A stretch of 64,000 nucleotides of DNA from Bacteroidota bacterium (GTDB lineage Bacteria > Bacteroidota > Bacteroidia > Cytophagales > UBA9547). The position numbers were made by a program, and so were the translations under genes. Below the pieces are notes generated by a model that had not been told where the DNA came from, searched no databases, and saw only the letters and a program-made list of their open reading frames with translations. The first letter of the stretch is position 1. The number at the start of each line of letters is the position of its first letter. Below are positions 49,486 to 58,805 of this stretch, piece by piece. The stretch covers positions 911 through 64,910 of the forward strand of contig JANRJY010000081.1 in assembly GCA_033763735.1 (NCBI GenBank). The letters run 5' to 3'.

Positions 49486-50643
49486 TTAAATCAACTTCGC
49501 ATGCGTACTAATCCAGCGGTTGGGTAGTTCGCCTTTGGTGGCGATTTCATAATCGTTGTAGCTACAAGGCACAATAGAAACTCTTGAGAACTTTTCCTTA
49601 TCTGTAGGAAACGGCACTTCCATCCACCACATTTCAGTGAGCTTATTTTTGTAAAAAATCAGTTTGTGCGGATTATTCTTCATGGTAACAATGAATCTAG
49701 TGAAATTATCACCTTGAAAATTCAAATCTGATTTACGGTTATAATATCCTTCAACAAAATACCATACCATGGTAGCAATCACCGAAGCCGTTTGTCCTTT
49801 GATATCTTCTGTAGGGTCATATTCATAGATTCCAAATGACGAAAGCTTATTGCTTATCCCCGCGTACCAAGCCAATCTGCATGCTTCTTCTCCGGTAAGC
49901 CCAAAGGGTGTGGCATTAGGGTTGCCGGGTGCATCACTTATGCGGACGGATGTTATATCAAAAGAAACCATATCTGCCTGACGTACAACGGGTTCCATTT
50001 CTTCAATGTGTTCTTTAACTTGACCTATTCTAAAATTCTCAAAATTCAGTTTTTCAAGAATTTCAAGTGTCTCAGGGTCATTCAAAAAAGATTGATAAGC
50101 GATATTTGCAAAATTGAATAAGTAATTAGGTTCATGCATTAATATTTGGTGGGTGTGATTGCGGTTAGCACCATTGGCAGCATGTGCCTCTACATCAATA
50201 ATGGCATCGATATTTACAATGGAAATTAATTTTTCGAATTTTTCATAGGCCAAAAATTGACCATAATCCATATCATGTGTACCTCCTATAATCAAAGGAA
50301 TTACGTTGTATTGCATTAATATTTCACATACTTCTCGTAGCCTTAAGTAGGTATCTTCCAATTTCACACCATTGCGTAAGTTACCCAAGTCCATTATCCT
50401 TATACTTGCTGCGCCTTTCTTTAGCTTGTATAATTTTTTTCGAATGATATTGGCTGCATTCTCAACACCTTGGGTGTAAATATTTCCTCTCGATTCAACA
50501 ACTCCAATAATAGCAATATCTGCATTTTTCCAATCGGGAAATTTGGTATCATGTATTCGAATGGCATGTACAAATGATTGCACATCGGTTACGGTTTCAT
50601 AAACCGTTTCATCAATTACATCAAAGAATATTTTAAGATCCAT
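49486..50643 (-). CDS. Arginase/formimidoylglutamase-family protein
   Basis: DLGN, IIGGTHD, NIDA, SFDI, GLTGEEAC, AWYAG; Bacteroidota-type C-terminal extension. Confidence 0.85.
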   Translation of the reverse strand: MDLKIFFDVIDETVYETVTDVQSFVHAIRIHDTKFPDWKNADIAIIGVVESRGNIYTQGVENAANIIRKKLYKLKKGAASIRIMDLGNLRNGVKLEDTYLRLREVCEILMQYNVIPLIIGGTHDMDYGQFLAYEKFEKLISIVNIDAIIDVEAHAANGANRNHTHQILMHEPNYLFNFANIAYQSFLNDPETLEILEKLNFENFRIGQVKEHIEEMEPVVRQADMVSFDITSVRISDAPGNPNATPFGLTGEEACRLAWYAGISNKLSSFGIYEYDPTEDIKGQTASVIATMVWYFVEGYYNRKSDLNFQGDNFTRFIVTMKNNPHKLIFYKNKLTEMWWMEVPFPTDKEKFSRVSIVPCSYNDYEIATKGELPNRWISTHAKLI

Positions 50644-50783
50644 ATGGATTTGCAGAAAGTTTCAATTTACATATCAAATTGATTCGCGGAAAATAATTTA
50701 AAGAGGAATTATCAACAATATCTTTGAAATAAAATTTATACATTTGCATTTGATCTTTTGCTTGTTATTTAAAAAATATTTCA

Positions 50784-51299
50784 ATGAAAATTGAGTTCAA
50801 AAATATAATCTTGGTAATAATGGTGGGTTTGGCAATTTTAAGTCGACTCATCCCTCATCCATTTAATTTCACACCTATTGGCGCATTGGCCTTATTTGGA
50901 ACGGTTTATTTCAACAACAAGTTTACAGGGGCCATTTTAACTTTTTGTGTTATGTTAATAAGTGACTTTCTTATTGGATTTCATAGTTCCATGATATGGG
51001 TATACGGTGCATTTGCTTTGATTTGCCTAATTGGAATTTGGTTGAAAGATAATCTATCAATTATCAGCACTTTAACTTCATCCTTATTAGCTTCAATTAC
51101 ATTTTTTATAATTACCAATTTTGGAGTATGGGTAGCATCCGGAATGTACACTATGGACTATACGGGATTTATAGCTTGCTATGTTGCTGCAATTCCTTTT
51201 TTTGGTAATACGCTCGGTGGAGACTTGTTTTATGTAACCATACTTTTTGGTTCGTTTGAATTAGCAAGAAGGACATTTTTGAAACAAAAATTGGCTTAA
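50784..51299 (+). CDS. DUF6580-like membrane protein (putative ECF S-component-like transporter)
   Basis: RLIPHPFNFTPIGALALF, FFIITNFGVW, CYVAAIPFF. Confidence 0.8.
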   Translation: MKIEFKNIILVIMVGLAILSRLIPHPFNFTPIGALALFGTVYFNNKFTGAILTFCVMLISDFLIGFHSSMIWVYGAFALICLIGIWLKDNLSIISTLTSSLLASITFFIITNFGVWVASGMYTMDYTGFIACYVAAIPFFGNTLGGDLFYVTILFGSFELARRTFLKQKLA

Positions 51300-52291
51300 T
51301 TCATTAAAGCCATAAAGTTTTTATACACTTGATATGCCTTACCTGATTCAAGTGATTCTTTGGCAAGCGCTATAGAATCGGTCATTGATTTGTTAGGATT
51401 TGCACAATATATACTAAGTCCGGCATTAGCAATGATTACTTCGTTTTGAGCTTTAGTACCTTTGTTTGAAATAATATCAACCAATATTTTAGCGGAATCT
51501 TCAATTGAAACACCTCCTGACAAATCACTGATTTTTAAATAATTATATCCCAAATCATTTGGCCTTAATATGTGCTCTCCTTTATTGCCCGAAATTTTGA
51601 AATCGGAAGTAAGTGACACTTCATCAAAGCCATCCAGTGAATGAATAATCAAGAAGTTTTTGTCTGTTTTTTGATAAATGTAGGTGTACAAACGAAGTAA
51701 TTCAAGGCTATACACGCCCACAATTTGATTTTTTGGTTTAGAGGGATTCACCATTGGCCCGAGCACATTGAAAAATGTTTTTACGCCTAGTTCTTTGCGA
51801 ATAGGTGCCAAGTTTTTAAGTGCCGGATGAAATAAAGGTGCGTGCAAGAATGTGATACCTGTTTTTTCTATTTGCTTTTCAAGTACAGATTTATCGTTTG
51901 TGAATTTAACACCCAAATACTCAAGCACATTTGATGAACCACACATAGAAGAAACTCCATAATTGCCGTGTTTTGCCACATGTACACCTGAAGCAGCTAC
52001 TACAAAAGAAGAAATTGTAGAAATATTAAATGCATTTTTGCCATCCCCACCGGTACCACATAGGTCCATAGGGTCATAAGCAGAAAGGTCGGTGTGTATA
52101 CACAATTCCAAAAGTGCTTCTCTAAAACCTTCCAATTCTTCAACCGCAATATTGCGCATCAGAAAAGAAGTAATAAAAGATGCCACTTGGCTATTGTTAT
52201 AATTACCGGAGGCAATACCAATTAGCGTATCTTTGGCTTGTGTTTTGGTGAGTTTTTTGCCTTCGTAAAGTTGATTGAGAATGTCTTTCAT
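51296..52291 (-). CDS. trpD: Anthranilate phosphoribosyltransferase
   Basis: DLCGTGGDG, FNIST, KHGN, FHPA, FNVLGP, DGFDE. Confidence 0.97.
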   Translation of the reverse strand: MKDILNQLYEGKKLTKTQAKDTLIGIASGNYNNSQVASFITSFLMRNIAVEELEGFREALLELCIHTDLSAYDPMDLCGTGGDGKNAFNISTISSFVVAASGVHVAKHGNYGVSSMCGSSNVLEYLGVKFTNDKSVLEKQIEKTGITFLHAPLFHPALKNLAPIRKELGVKTFFNVLGPMVNPSKPKNQIVGVYSLELLRLYTYIYQKTDKNFLIIHSLDGFDEVSLTSDFKISGNKGEHILRPNDLGYNYLKISDLSGGVSIEDSAKILVDIISNKGTKAQNEVIIANAGLSIYCANPNKSMTDSIALAKESLESGKAYQVYKNFMALMN

Positions 52292-52347
52292 ATTATGTTA
52301 AAACATTCCAAAAGTAGATATAAATATTGAAGACGAAAACCAAAATA

Positions 52348-52998
52348 TTATCTGGCTATTGCTATAGCAATAAAAGCAATATAAAAAGCAGCAATACTGA
52401 CACAACCGACTCCTGCACCAATTCCAAAATTCATCCATATTTTTTTGTTTTTGGTTTTACGAGCAAAATCAATGTAACCCCGTCTGTATTCGAAATTTTT
52501 AAAAAGCTCTCTATTTGGATAACTTAAATTTTGATCTTCCGGTTCGGTAACCGCCATAACCACAGGTGCAATTACAGACAATCCTGATGAAACCCAAATC
52601 CCACATCCGGATATTAACGACCAAGTTCCTGCAGCTTTGTATTTGTTATAATATTTTTTTGCATCTTCTTGACCTTTTTCATACATGTCATACGAATAAT
52701 TATTGCCATTGTTGGTTTGGGGAATATTTTGAGGTGGCACAACGGTATTGCCGTTTTGTGTATTTGGGTTTGAAAAAATATCTTTAGTGCCATTTTCATA
52801 CCTTATCATCAGAACATCAGATTTCAATATTACAAATGTGGGACCGTTTGGGTCATCAAATTTTTTATATCGAATCTCTGTTGAAGATATTTCCGTAACC
52901 TTGGATTTGATATCCTCTCCGTTGTTTTTTGTGATTATGTCTTGAGAAAAAAGAATAGAATTAAAAATTAAAATTATTAGAATAGATATAAGTTTCAT
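52348..52998 (-). CDS. Exported hypothetical membrane protein, paralog 3 of a tandem trio
   Basis: Signal peptide then QDIITKNNGEDIKSKV...IRYENG; C-terminal G..DA..YY, hydrophobic hairpin, YRRGY, Gly-rich TM. Confidence 0.8.
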   Translation of the reverse strand: MKLISILIILIFNSILFSQDIITKNNGEDIKSKVTEISSTEIRYKKFDDPNGPTFVILKSDVLMIRYENGTKDIFSNPNTQNGNTVVPPQNIPQTNNGNNYSYDMYEKGQEDAKKYYNKYKAAGTWSLISGCGIWVSSGLSVIAPVVMAVTEPEDQNLSYPNRELFKNFEYRRGYIDFARKTKNKKIWMNFGIGAGVGCVSIAAFYIAFIAIAIAR

Positions 52999-53011
52999 TT
53001 CTATATTATAA

Positions 53012-53590
53012 TTAACCAAATAATAGAAGTGCAATAATTGATAGATGAACTGTAACTCCAAACCAATGGTTCATGTACATTTTTCGTTTTTTTACTTTTA
53101 ATGCATATTGATTATAACCTAATCTATATTCAGGAACATTGTATAAATACATCTTAGTTATTCCTAAGTTAGAAGTTTCTGGTTCAACGAATCCTGCTAC
53201 AATTGGAACTATTGGGAACAAACAAACAAGTCCAGCGAAAAAAGAACCTGTGGCTGCTGATTTATATTTAATATAATTTCTTTTTGCATCCCGAATTCCA
53301 AGTTCTTTCAGATTAATTAGGTGATTTGAGTTAATAAAATTGGATAATGACTCTTTACCATTATCATTTACTTCAACTTTCCCGTTTTCATATTTAATCA
53401 TTAATATTTCTGATTTTAAAACAATATGCAGTGTATCTTTTTTGTCTTGATAACTTTTATATCGAACTTCATTTTCAGATATTTCTATAACTTTCACTTT
53501 AAGATCTTCTCCATTGTTTTTAATAATAATATCTTGGGAAAAAATAAAGCTTGATGAACCAATTAAAAAAAGTAAGATTAAATTATTCAT
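53012..53590 (-). CDS. Exported hypothetical membrane protein, paralog 2 of a tandem trio
   Basis: QDIIIKNNGEDLKVKV...IKYENG; GIRDAKRNY; YRLGY. Confidence 0.8.
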   Translation of the reverse strand: MNNLILLFLIGSSSFIFSQDIIIKNNGEDLKVKVIEISENEVRYKSYQDKKDTLHIVLKSEILMIKYENGKVEVNDNGKESLSNFINSNHLINLKELGIRDAKRNYIKYKSAATGSFFAGLVCLFPIVPIVAGFVEPETSNLGITKMYLYNVPEYRLGYNQYALKVKKRKMYMNHWFGVTVHLSIIALLLFG

Positions 53591-53640
53591 TTTTGAAAAA
53601 TATAAAACAATTAAATATTAATTAATATTTTGAAGGTATT

Positions 53641-54258
53641 TCATCTACTAGCTAATGATAGCACAAGAGCAACATAAGATACATATCCTACACATCCTGC
53701 TCCAAAACAAATTCCTGTACCAATCCCCCAATTAGTCCAAACTTTTCGTGTCTTGATTTTTTTTGCTTGATCTATATAACCTCTTCTATAATTATCCTTT
53801 GAAAATAATTGCTTATCCGGATAACCTAAGTTACTTTGTTCAGGTTCTGAAATCATCATTATCACAGGAGGAATGATTAAGCCCCCCGCACAACCTGAAA
53901 CAAAAGCCCAAGTTGCGGGTTCTTTATATTTTACATAATACTTTTGAGCATCGGAAATTCCCTTATTATACAGTTCAAATGAATTTGAGTTGTTATCTTC
54001 ATTTTGGGTTATTTGATTGTTGGGATTTGAATTTTGAAAAACATCTTTAGTTCCATTTTCATATTTGATAATCAAAATTTCTGATTTTGAAATTATAAAA
54101 GTTGGCCCATTAGTATCGTCAAATTTTTTATATCTTATTTCATTTGTTCCAACCTCAATTACCTTAGCCTTAATATCTTCACCATTGGTTTTAGTAATAA
54201 TATCTTGAGCTGAGACAGTTGTGCATATTGATATGATTATTAATAATATGTATTTCAT
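53641..54258 (-). CDS. Exported hypothetical membrane protein, paralog 1 of a tandem trio
   Basis: QDIITKTNGEDIKAKV...IKYENG; GISDAQKYY; YRRGY. Confidence 0.8.
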   Translation of the reverse strand: MKYILLIIISICTTVSAQDIITKTNGEDIKAKVIEVGTNEIRYKKFDDTNGPTFIISKSEILIIKYENGTKDVFQNSNPNNQITQNEDNNSNSFELYNKGISDAQKYYVKYKEPATWAFVSGCAGGLIIPPVIMMISEPEQSNLGYPDKQLFSKDNYRRGYIDQAKKIKTRKVWTNWGIGTGICFGAGCVGYVSYVALVLSLASR

Positions 54259-54300
54259 ATGATTTGATATATATATTAAACCAAATAAAATATGTAAATT

Positions 54301-55101
54301 TTACTTTAACAAATCTTTGATAATTATTTTCTTTTTGTTTGACACATAAGTTTGGTTTATTGCCACTGTTTTTGCAATGTTTCCCAAATAATATCTACTC
54401 CAAAAGGCACCTACTAATATTAAGGCATCTAAAGGGTTGTAAAAAGCTGTGAAATAATAAAAACCTGCACCAAACGCACCATTTAAAGCCAGTGATTTCA
54501 ACCCACTATTGGTTTCGCCCAATATAATTTGTCCTGAGCCCGGCATTACTACACTTGAGGCATTAATCAAGAAAGATTTTCGTTTCAAAGATCCTATTTG
54601 CTTACTAATTTTTTCTCCCAATTCGGGGTATCCTGCCAATTCAAAATTGATTTTTGCCTCTTTTTTAAAGTTTATAAATGCGTAAGAAATCCCCAAAAGC
54701 AAAGATTTTTCTTTAACTGCGTACCATTCCGGTTTATAATTTTCTTCCAAAAGATTAATTGCTGAAATATAATCTTCATTCAACATGGTGCAAATAGCTA
54801 AGCTTGTGATAATTTTTTTCTGCAATGAATCATTGCCATTAGCCAAATAATATGCGTAAGTCAAATTATTGATTGCTTGTTTGTTATCGCCAACAAAACT
54901 TAATAATTGTGATTTTTTAATATATAAAGAAGGCTTTAGTGTGTCAGGTGAAAAAAATATAATTCTATCATATAGTTCAATTGATTCCGTTGTAAGACCC
55001 TTATTAAAAAGGCTATCCGCCAAAACTTTGGATTGCTCTAAAGTTTGAGAGAATATTTGCTGACAAAAACTAATACAAACTAAAAATAGTATCTTCCACA
55101 C
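54301..55101 (-). CDS. Exported TPR-like protein with C-terminal TM2/DUF5683-like membrane hairpin
   Basis: Signal peptide, helical repeats, SVVMPGSGQIILG, YYLGNI. Confidence 0.75.
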   Translation of the reverse strand: MWKILFLVCISFCQQIFSQTLEQSKVLADSLFNKGLTTESIELYDRIIFFSPDTLKPSLYIKKSQLLSFVGDNKQAINNLTYAYYLANGNDSLQKKIITSLAICTMLNEDYISAINLLEENYKPEWYAVKEKSLLLGISYAFINFKKEAKINFELAGYPELGEKISKQIGSLKRKSFLINASSVVMPGSGQIILGETNSGLKSLALNGAFGAGFYYFTAFYNPLDALILVGAFWSRYYLGNIAKTVAINQTYVSNKKKIIIKDLLK

Positions 55102-55881
55102 GGTTTTGCAGTTTTTTCTTTTTCAATTTATTGATTTTAATAGCCGAATGATAAGAACCATAAATATTTCCCAGATAAAAACCTGTACCTACTGAAGCTA
55201 AAGCAATAGTCCAAGGTGGGTGTACCCCCAAATTTCACCTGCCCTCCAAGTTCCCAAAACTGAACCTGCAATGAGTAAAACCGAAAACAATCCATCACGC
55301 CATTCACCTGTATATATTTTTCCTGTACCAGGAATGATGGTAGAAAAAGTAGCAGCTAAAAATGGACTTTTTTTCTTCATTTGAAATCCTTCAATAGCCA
55401 AAGGATAGCGAGGGGCTTTAAATTTGCCATCTAACAGTTCATTGCCTTGCATGGTATTGATACTAGCATCCCAATTGCCATTAAACAAATAATAATCCGC
55501 GGTAATTATACTTTTTTGTTTTGGATTTAAAATTGAATCAGACAGTAACTTTTTCATATTATAGGCACCAGAGATATCAAATAAATATTTGGCTTTTTTG
55601 ATGTAAAAAGAGGTATCATTCGATACTTCCAAAGCCTTTTTGAAAGCACTTGATTTGCCATTGGTTTTGAAATAGCAAATAATTAGTTTGTACTGAGTGG
55701 TATCGGGTAATTTTCCTAAAAAGGAAGCCCTTTCATATTCCACAATAGCGGCTTTATGCGCATTATTTTGAAGTAAATAATTGCCATATCTAATGCTATT
55801 TTCAAAATCAAATAATGATTGACATTGGTTATGAAAAATAAAAAATATTTGAAATGCTAAAACTAAGTATAATCTATTCAT
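55070..55881 (-). pseudogene. Exported TPR-like protein with TM2/DUF5683-like C-terminus, frameshifted near 55212-55220
   Basis: KSPFLAATFSTIIPGTGKIYTG; ORF stops at 55198 but a shifted frame continues PWTIALASVGTGFYLGNIYGSYHSAIKINK...SLY* to 55070. Confidence 0.75.
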
Positions 55882-56284
55882 TATCAACCAAATCGAGATA
55901 CTTGCTTCGTTTTTCGTCAAAAATATATTGCCCCGAATAATGAAAATTATTGCATCGTAATAAACGATCAAAAGTAGCTAAGGTGCCACGAAAAAGCCCC
56001 CATTTTTTGATTGCCAACAATCCATATGTTGAACAAGAAGGATAAAAACCACACGTATTTGGAACATCTTGTGCTGAAAAAGCAGATTTATAAAACCTGT
56101 AAAACAAATAATAGTCTTTGCTTTTACTGTTTATGGTTGTATCGATATGGCTATGGTCGTCAGCGTACTTTTTTACAGTCAGCAATCGATTTATGTTTTC
56201 ATTGGTAATATCCTGACCACACACGTAACCGGACACGCAAAAAATAATTAAGCCAAGAAATAAATCGATTAAATGATTACGCAT
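55874..56284 (-). CDS. YidD-family protein with an N-terminal signal peptide
   Basis: CGFYPSCSTYG...KKWG...G...RLLRC; ATG 56284 overlaps the nuoF stop. Confidence 0.85.
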   Translation of the reverse strand: MRNHLIDLFLGLIIFCVSGYVCGQDITNENINRLLTVKKYADDHSHIDTTINSKSKDYYLFYRFYKSAFSAQDVPNTCGFYPSCSTYGLLAIKKWGLFRGTLATFDRLLRCNNFHYSGQYIFDEKRSKYLDLVDNE

Positions 56285-57617
56285 AAGCAGCAACCGGCCT
56301 GTAAACAGCTCCTTTTTTTGCAGCTTCTACGGGGTGATTAATGTGCCATTCAAATTCATCCCTAAAATGCCTGATATGACTTGCAACCGGCCATGCCGCA
56401 GCATCACCAAGTGGACAAATTGTATTTCCTTCGATTTTTTTTGCTATATCTACAAGCAAATCAATGTCTTGCGCATGTCCATGTCCATGTTCAATCCTAT
56501 GAAGTACTTTTTCCATCCATCCGGTACCTTCTCTGCAAGGTGAGCATTGTCCGCATGATTCGTGATGGTAAAAACGAGAGAAATTCCATAAGTTTTTAAC
56601 CATACATGATTCTTCATCGTATGCAATAAATCCTCCGGAACCAAGCATAGAACCCGTTGCAAATCCACCATCTGAAAGCGATTCATAGCTCATTAATCGA
56701 GCTTCTCCATTGGCAGTTTTTAGTAACAAATTTGCGGGAAGCACCGGTACTGAAGATCCACCCGGAACACAAGCTTTGAGCTTTCGGTCTTTCCAAATGC
56801 CACCACAATACTCGTCAGAATATAAAAATTCTTCGACCGGAAGTCCAAGTTCTATTTCATAAACGCCCGGTTTGTTGATACTTCCCCCGGCCGAAATCAA
56901 TTTCGTTCCGGTAGATTTACCAACACCAATTTTGGCATATTCATCTCCGCCATTATTTACAATCCATGACACAGCAGCAATTGATTCTACGTTATTCACA
57001 ACTGTTGGTCGTTGGTACAAACCTTTTACAGCTGGGAAAGGCGGTTTCATGCGAGGATTACCTCTTTTACCTTCCAATGATTCAATCAATGCGGTTTCTT
57101 CTCCGCATATATATGCCCCTGCACCACAATGAACATACAAATCCAAATCATAACCGGAGCCGAGTATGTTTTTGCCTAAGTACCCTTTAGCATATGCTTC
57201 ATTGATGGCATTTTCCAAGATACGAACGACATACATCAACTCACCACGCACATATATATAAGATGAATTAGCTCCCAGGGCAAAACTGGAAACAATCATT
57301 CCTTCAATAAGTGTATGAGGAGTTTTTGCCATTAAAAAACGGTCTTTGAAGGTACCTGGTTCGCTTTCATCAGCATTGCAAACCAAATGACGAGGAACAC
57401 CATCGGGTTTGGCAATAAAACTCCATTTCATGCCTGTAGGAAACCCGGCACCTCCTCTACCTCTCAAACCCGACTTTTTGACCTCTTCTACTACTGCATC
57501 AGGGGTCATTTGTTTCAAAGCCTTTTCTACTGCTTTGTAACCACCTTGTTTTTTGTATACATCAAATGTCTCTATTCCAGGTACATTGATGTGTTCAAGT
57601 AATATTTTCTTTGCCAT
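56277..57617 (-). CDS. nuoF: NADH-quinone oxidoreductase subunit F
   Basis: GRGGAGFPTG, NADESEPGTFKDR, YICGEET, ESCGQCSPCREG. Confidence 0.98.
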   Translation of the reverse strand: MAKKILLEHINVPGIETFDVYKKQGGYKAVEKALKQMTPDAVVEEVKKSGLRGRGGAGFPTGMKWSFIAKPDGVPRHLVCNADESEPGTFKDRFLMAKTPHTLIEGMIVSSFALGANSSYIYVRGELMYVVRILENAINEAYAKGYLGKNILGSGYDLDLYVHCGAGAYICGEETALIESLEGKRGNPRMKPPFPAVKGLYQRPTVVNNVESIAAVSWIVNNGGDEYAKIGVGKSTGTKLISAGGSINKPGVYEIELGLPVEEFLYSDEYCGGIWKDRKLKACVPGGSSVPVLPANLLLKTANGEARLMSYESLSDGGFATGSMLGSGGFIAYDEESCMVKNLWNFSRFYHHESCGQCSPCREGTGWMEKVLHRIEHGHGHAQDIDLLVDIAKKIEGNTICPLGDAAAWPVASHIRHFRDEFEWHINHPVEAAKKGAVYRPVAAYA

Positions 57618-57667
57618 TCAATTATAATTTTTTATCTTAATTAATTTCCAAATTGAAATAATACAAA

Positions 57668-58219
57668 CTAGAACCAAGCTCTGCTTATTTTGTTCTCTTT
57701 GATGCTTTCATCAACAATCTGATCAATTTTTTCCGGAGTCAAATTCTCATGATATTTCAATCCACATTGCATTACGGGTGCGCTGCCACAAGCTGCAAGG
57801 CATTCCACCGTTTTGATAGTGAACATTCCATCAGGCGTAGTTTGACCATCTTTAATTCCTAATTTGTTTTCAAGATATTCTACAATTTCTTCCGAACCTC
57901 TCAGCCAACATGGACTGGTACGACAAACTTCAAAAACATATTTTCCTACCGGTGAAGTATAATATTGCGAATAAAAAGTGGCTACTTCATATACTTCAAT
58001 AGGTTCAATTTTGAGAATAGATGCTATATAATCCTGTACTTCTACACTCAACCAACCGCCAAGTTCTGCCTGAGCCAAATGTAATAAAGGTAAAATAGCA
58101 GACTTTTGTCTACCTTCCGGATACTTTGAAAGATGTTTTTCTACAACTTTCATTGCTTCAGGAGAAAACTTTACTTCTACATTACTGTGGGTATGTGTAT
58201 CGTGATGGTATCCGCTCAT
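57668..58219 (-). CDS. nuoE: NADH-quinone oxidoreductase subunit E
   Basis: EVATFYS, CRTSPC, ECLAACG. Confidence 0.96.
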   Translation of the reverse strand: MSGYHHDTHTHSNVEVKFSPEAMKVVEKHLSKYPEGRQKSAILPLLHLAQAELGGWLSVEVQDYIASILKIEPIEVYEVATFYSQYYTSPVGKYVFEVCRTSPCWLRGSEEIVEYLENKLGIKDGQTTPDGMFTIKTVECLAACGSAPVMQCGLKYHENLTPEKIDQIVDESIKENKISRAWF

Positions 58220-58225
58220 GATGGT

Positions 58226-58801
58226 TTAATTTTCAAATTCTATTTCCTCGTAAATGTCTCTTAATCCAATTTCAATATTTAAAGTATCTATTGTAATAGT
58301 TCGATTAATATCTGAACTCTCACCTTGAGCCCAATTGAAATCGTCAATTTTTTTAAAAATTTCGATTTTGGGTGAATCTTGATGAATTAATATGTATTCT
58401 TTAAATGACCTATTAAACCTATATAGCCCAAATTTTACTGATTTGTCATAATTTTCAGTTGATTTAGAAAGCACTTCAATAATTACTGTTGGATTTTCGA
58501 TAGTGTCAGCTGCATCATCACTAAATTGAGGTTTGTTGCATAATATAACTATATCGGGATATGCATAAAAAGGTGGATTTGGCACATGAATTCTTAAATC
58601 ACTGAAAAAAGCATTACAACCTGTGTTTTTTATTTTAGGATAAATTTGACCTACTAAGTTTGAAATTATCTTACTGTGTCTGTAAGTAGCTCCAGCCATG
58701 GCATATACCTGACCTCTATAGTATTCATTTTTAAATGGAGATATTCTTTCCATTTCTAAATAGTCTTGTTCAGTAATATATACGTTAGGAAGTGCACTCA
58801 T
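58226..58801 (-). CDS. Uma2-family PD-(D/E)xK-like endonuclease
   Basis: EYYRGQVYAMAG, H..I, YPDIV, NPTVIIEVLSKST, KF..Y, EYILI. Confidence 0.9.
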   Translation of the reverse strand: MSALPNVYITEQDYLEMERISPFKNEYYRGQVYAMAGATYRHSKIISNLVGQIYPKIKNTGCNAFFSDLRIHVPNPPFYAYPDIVILCNKPQFSDDAADTIENPTVIIEVLSKSTENYDKSVKFGLYRFNRSFKEYILIHQDSPKIEIFKKIDDFNWAQGESSDINRTITIDTLNIEIGLRDIYEEIEFEN

Positions 58802-58805
58802 TTAA

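Noticed and set aside
50644-50783. Cobalamin or other riboswitch upstream of the DUF6580-like transporter
   Set aside because: Region is short and AT-rich with no recognisable riboswitch core; only a -7 box (TACATTTG, 50739-50746)
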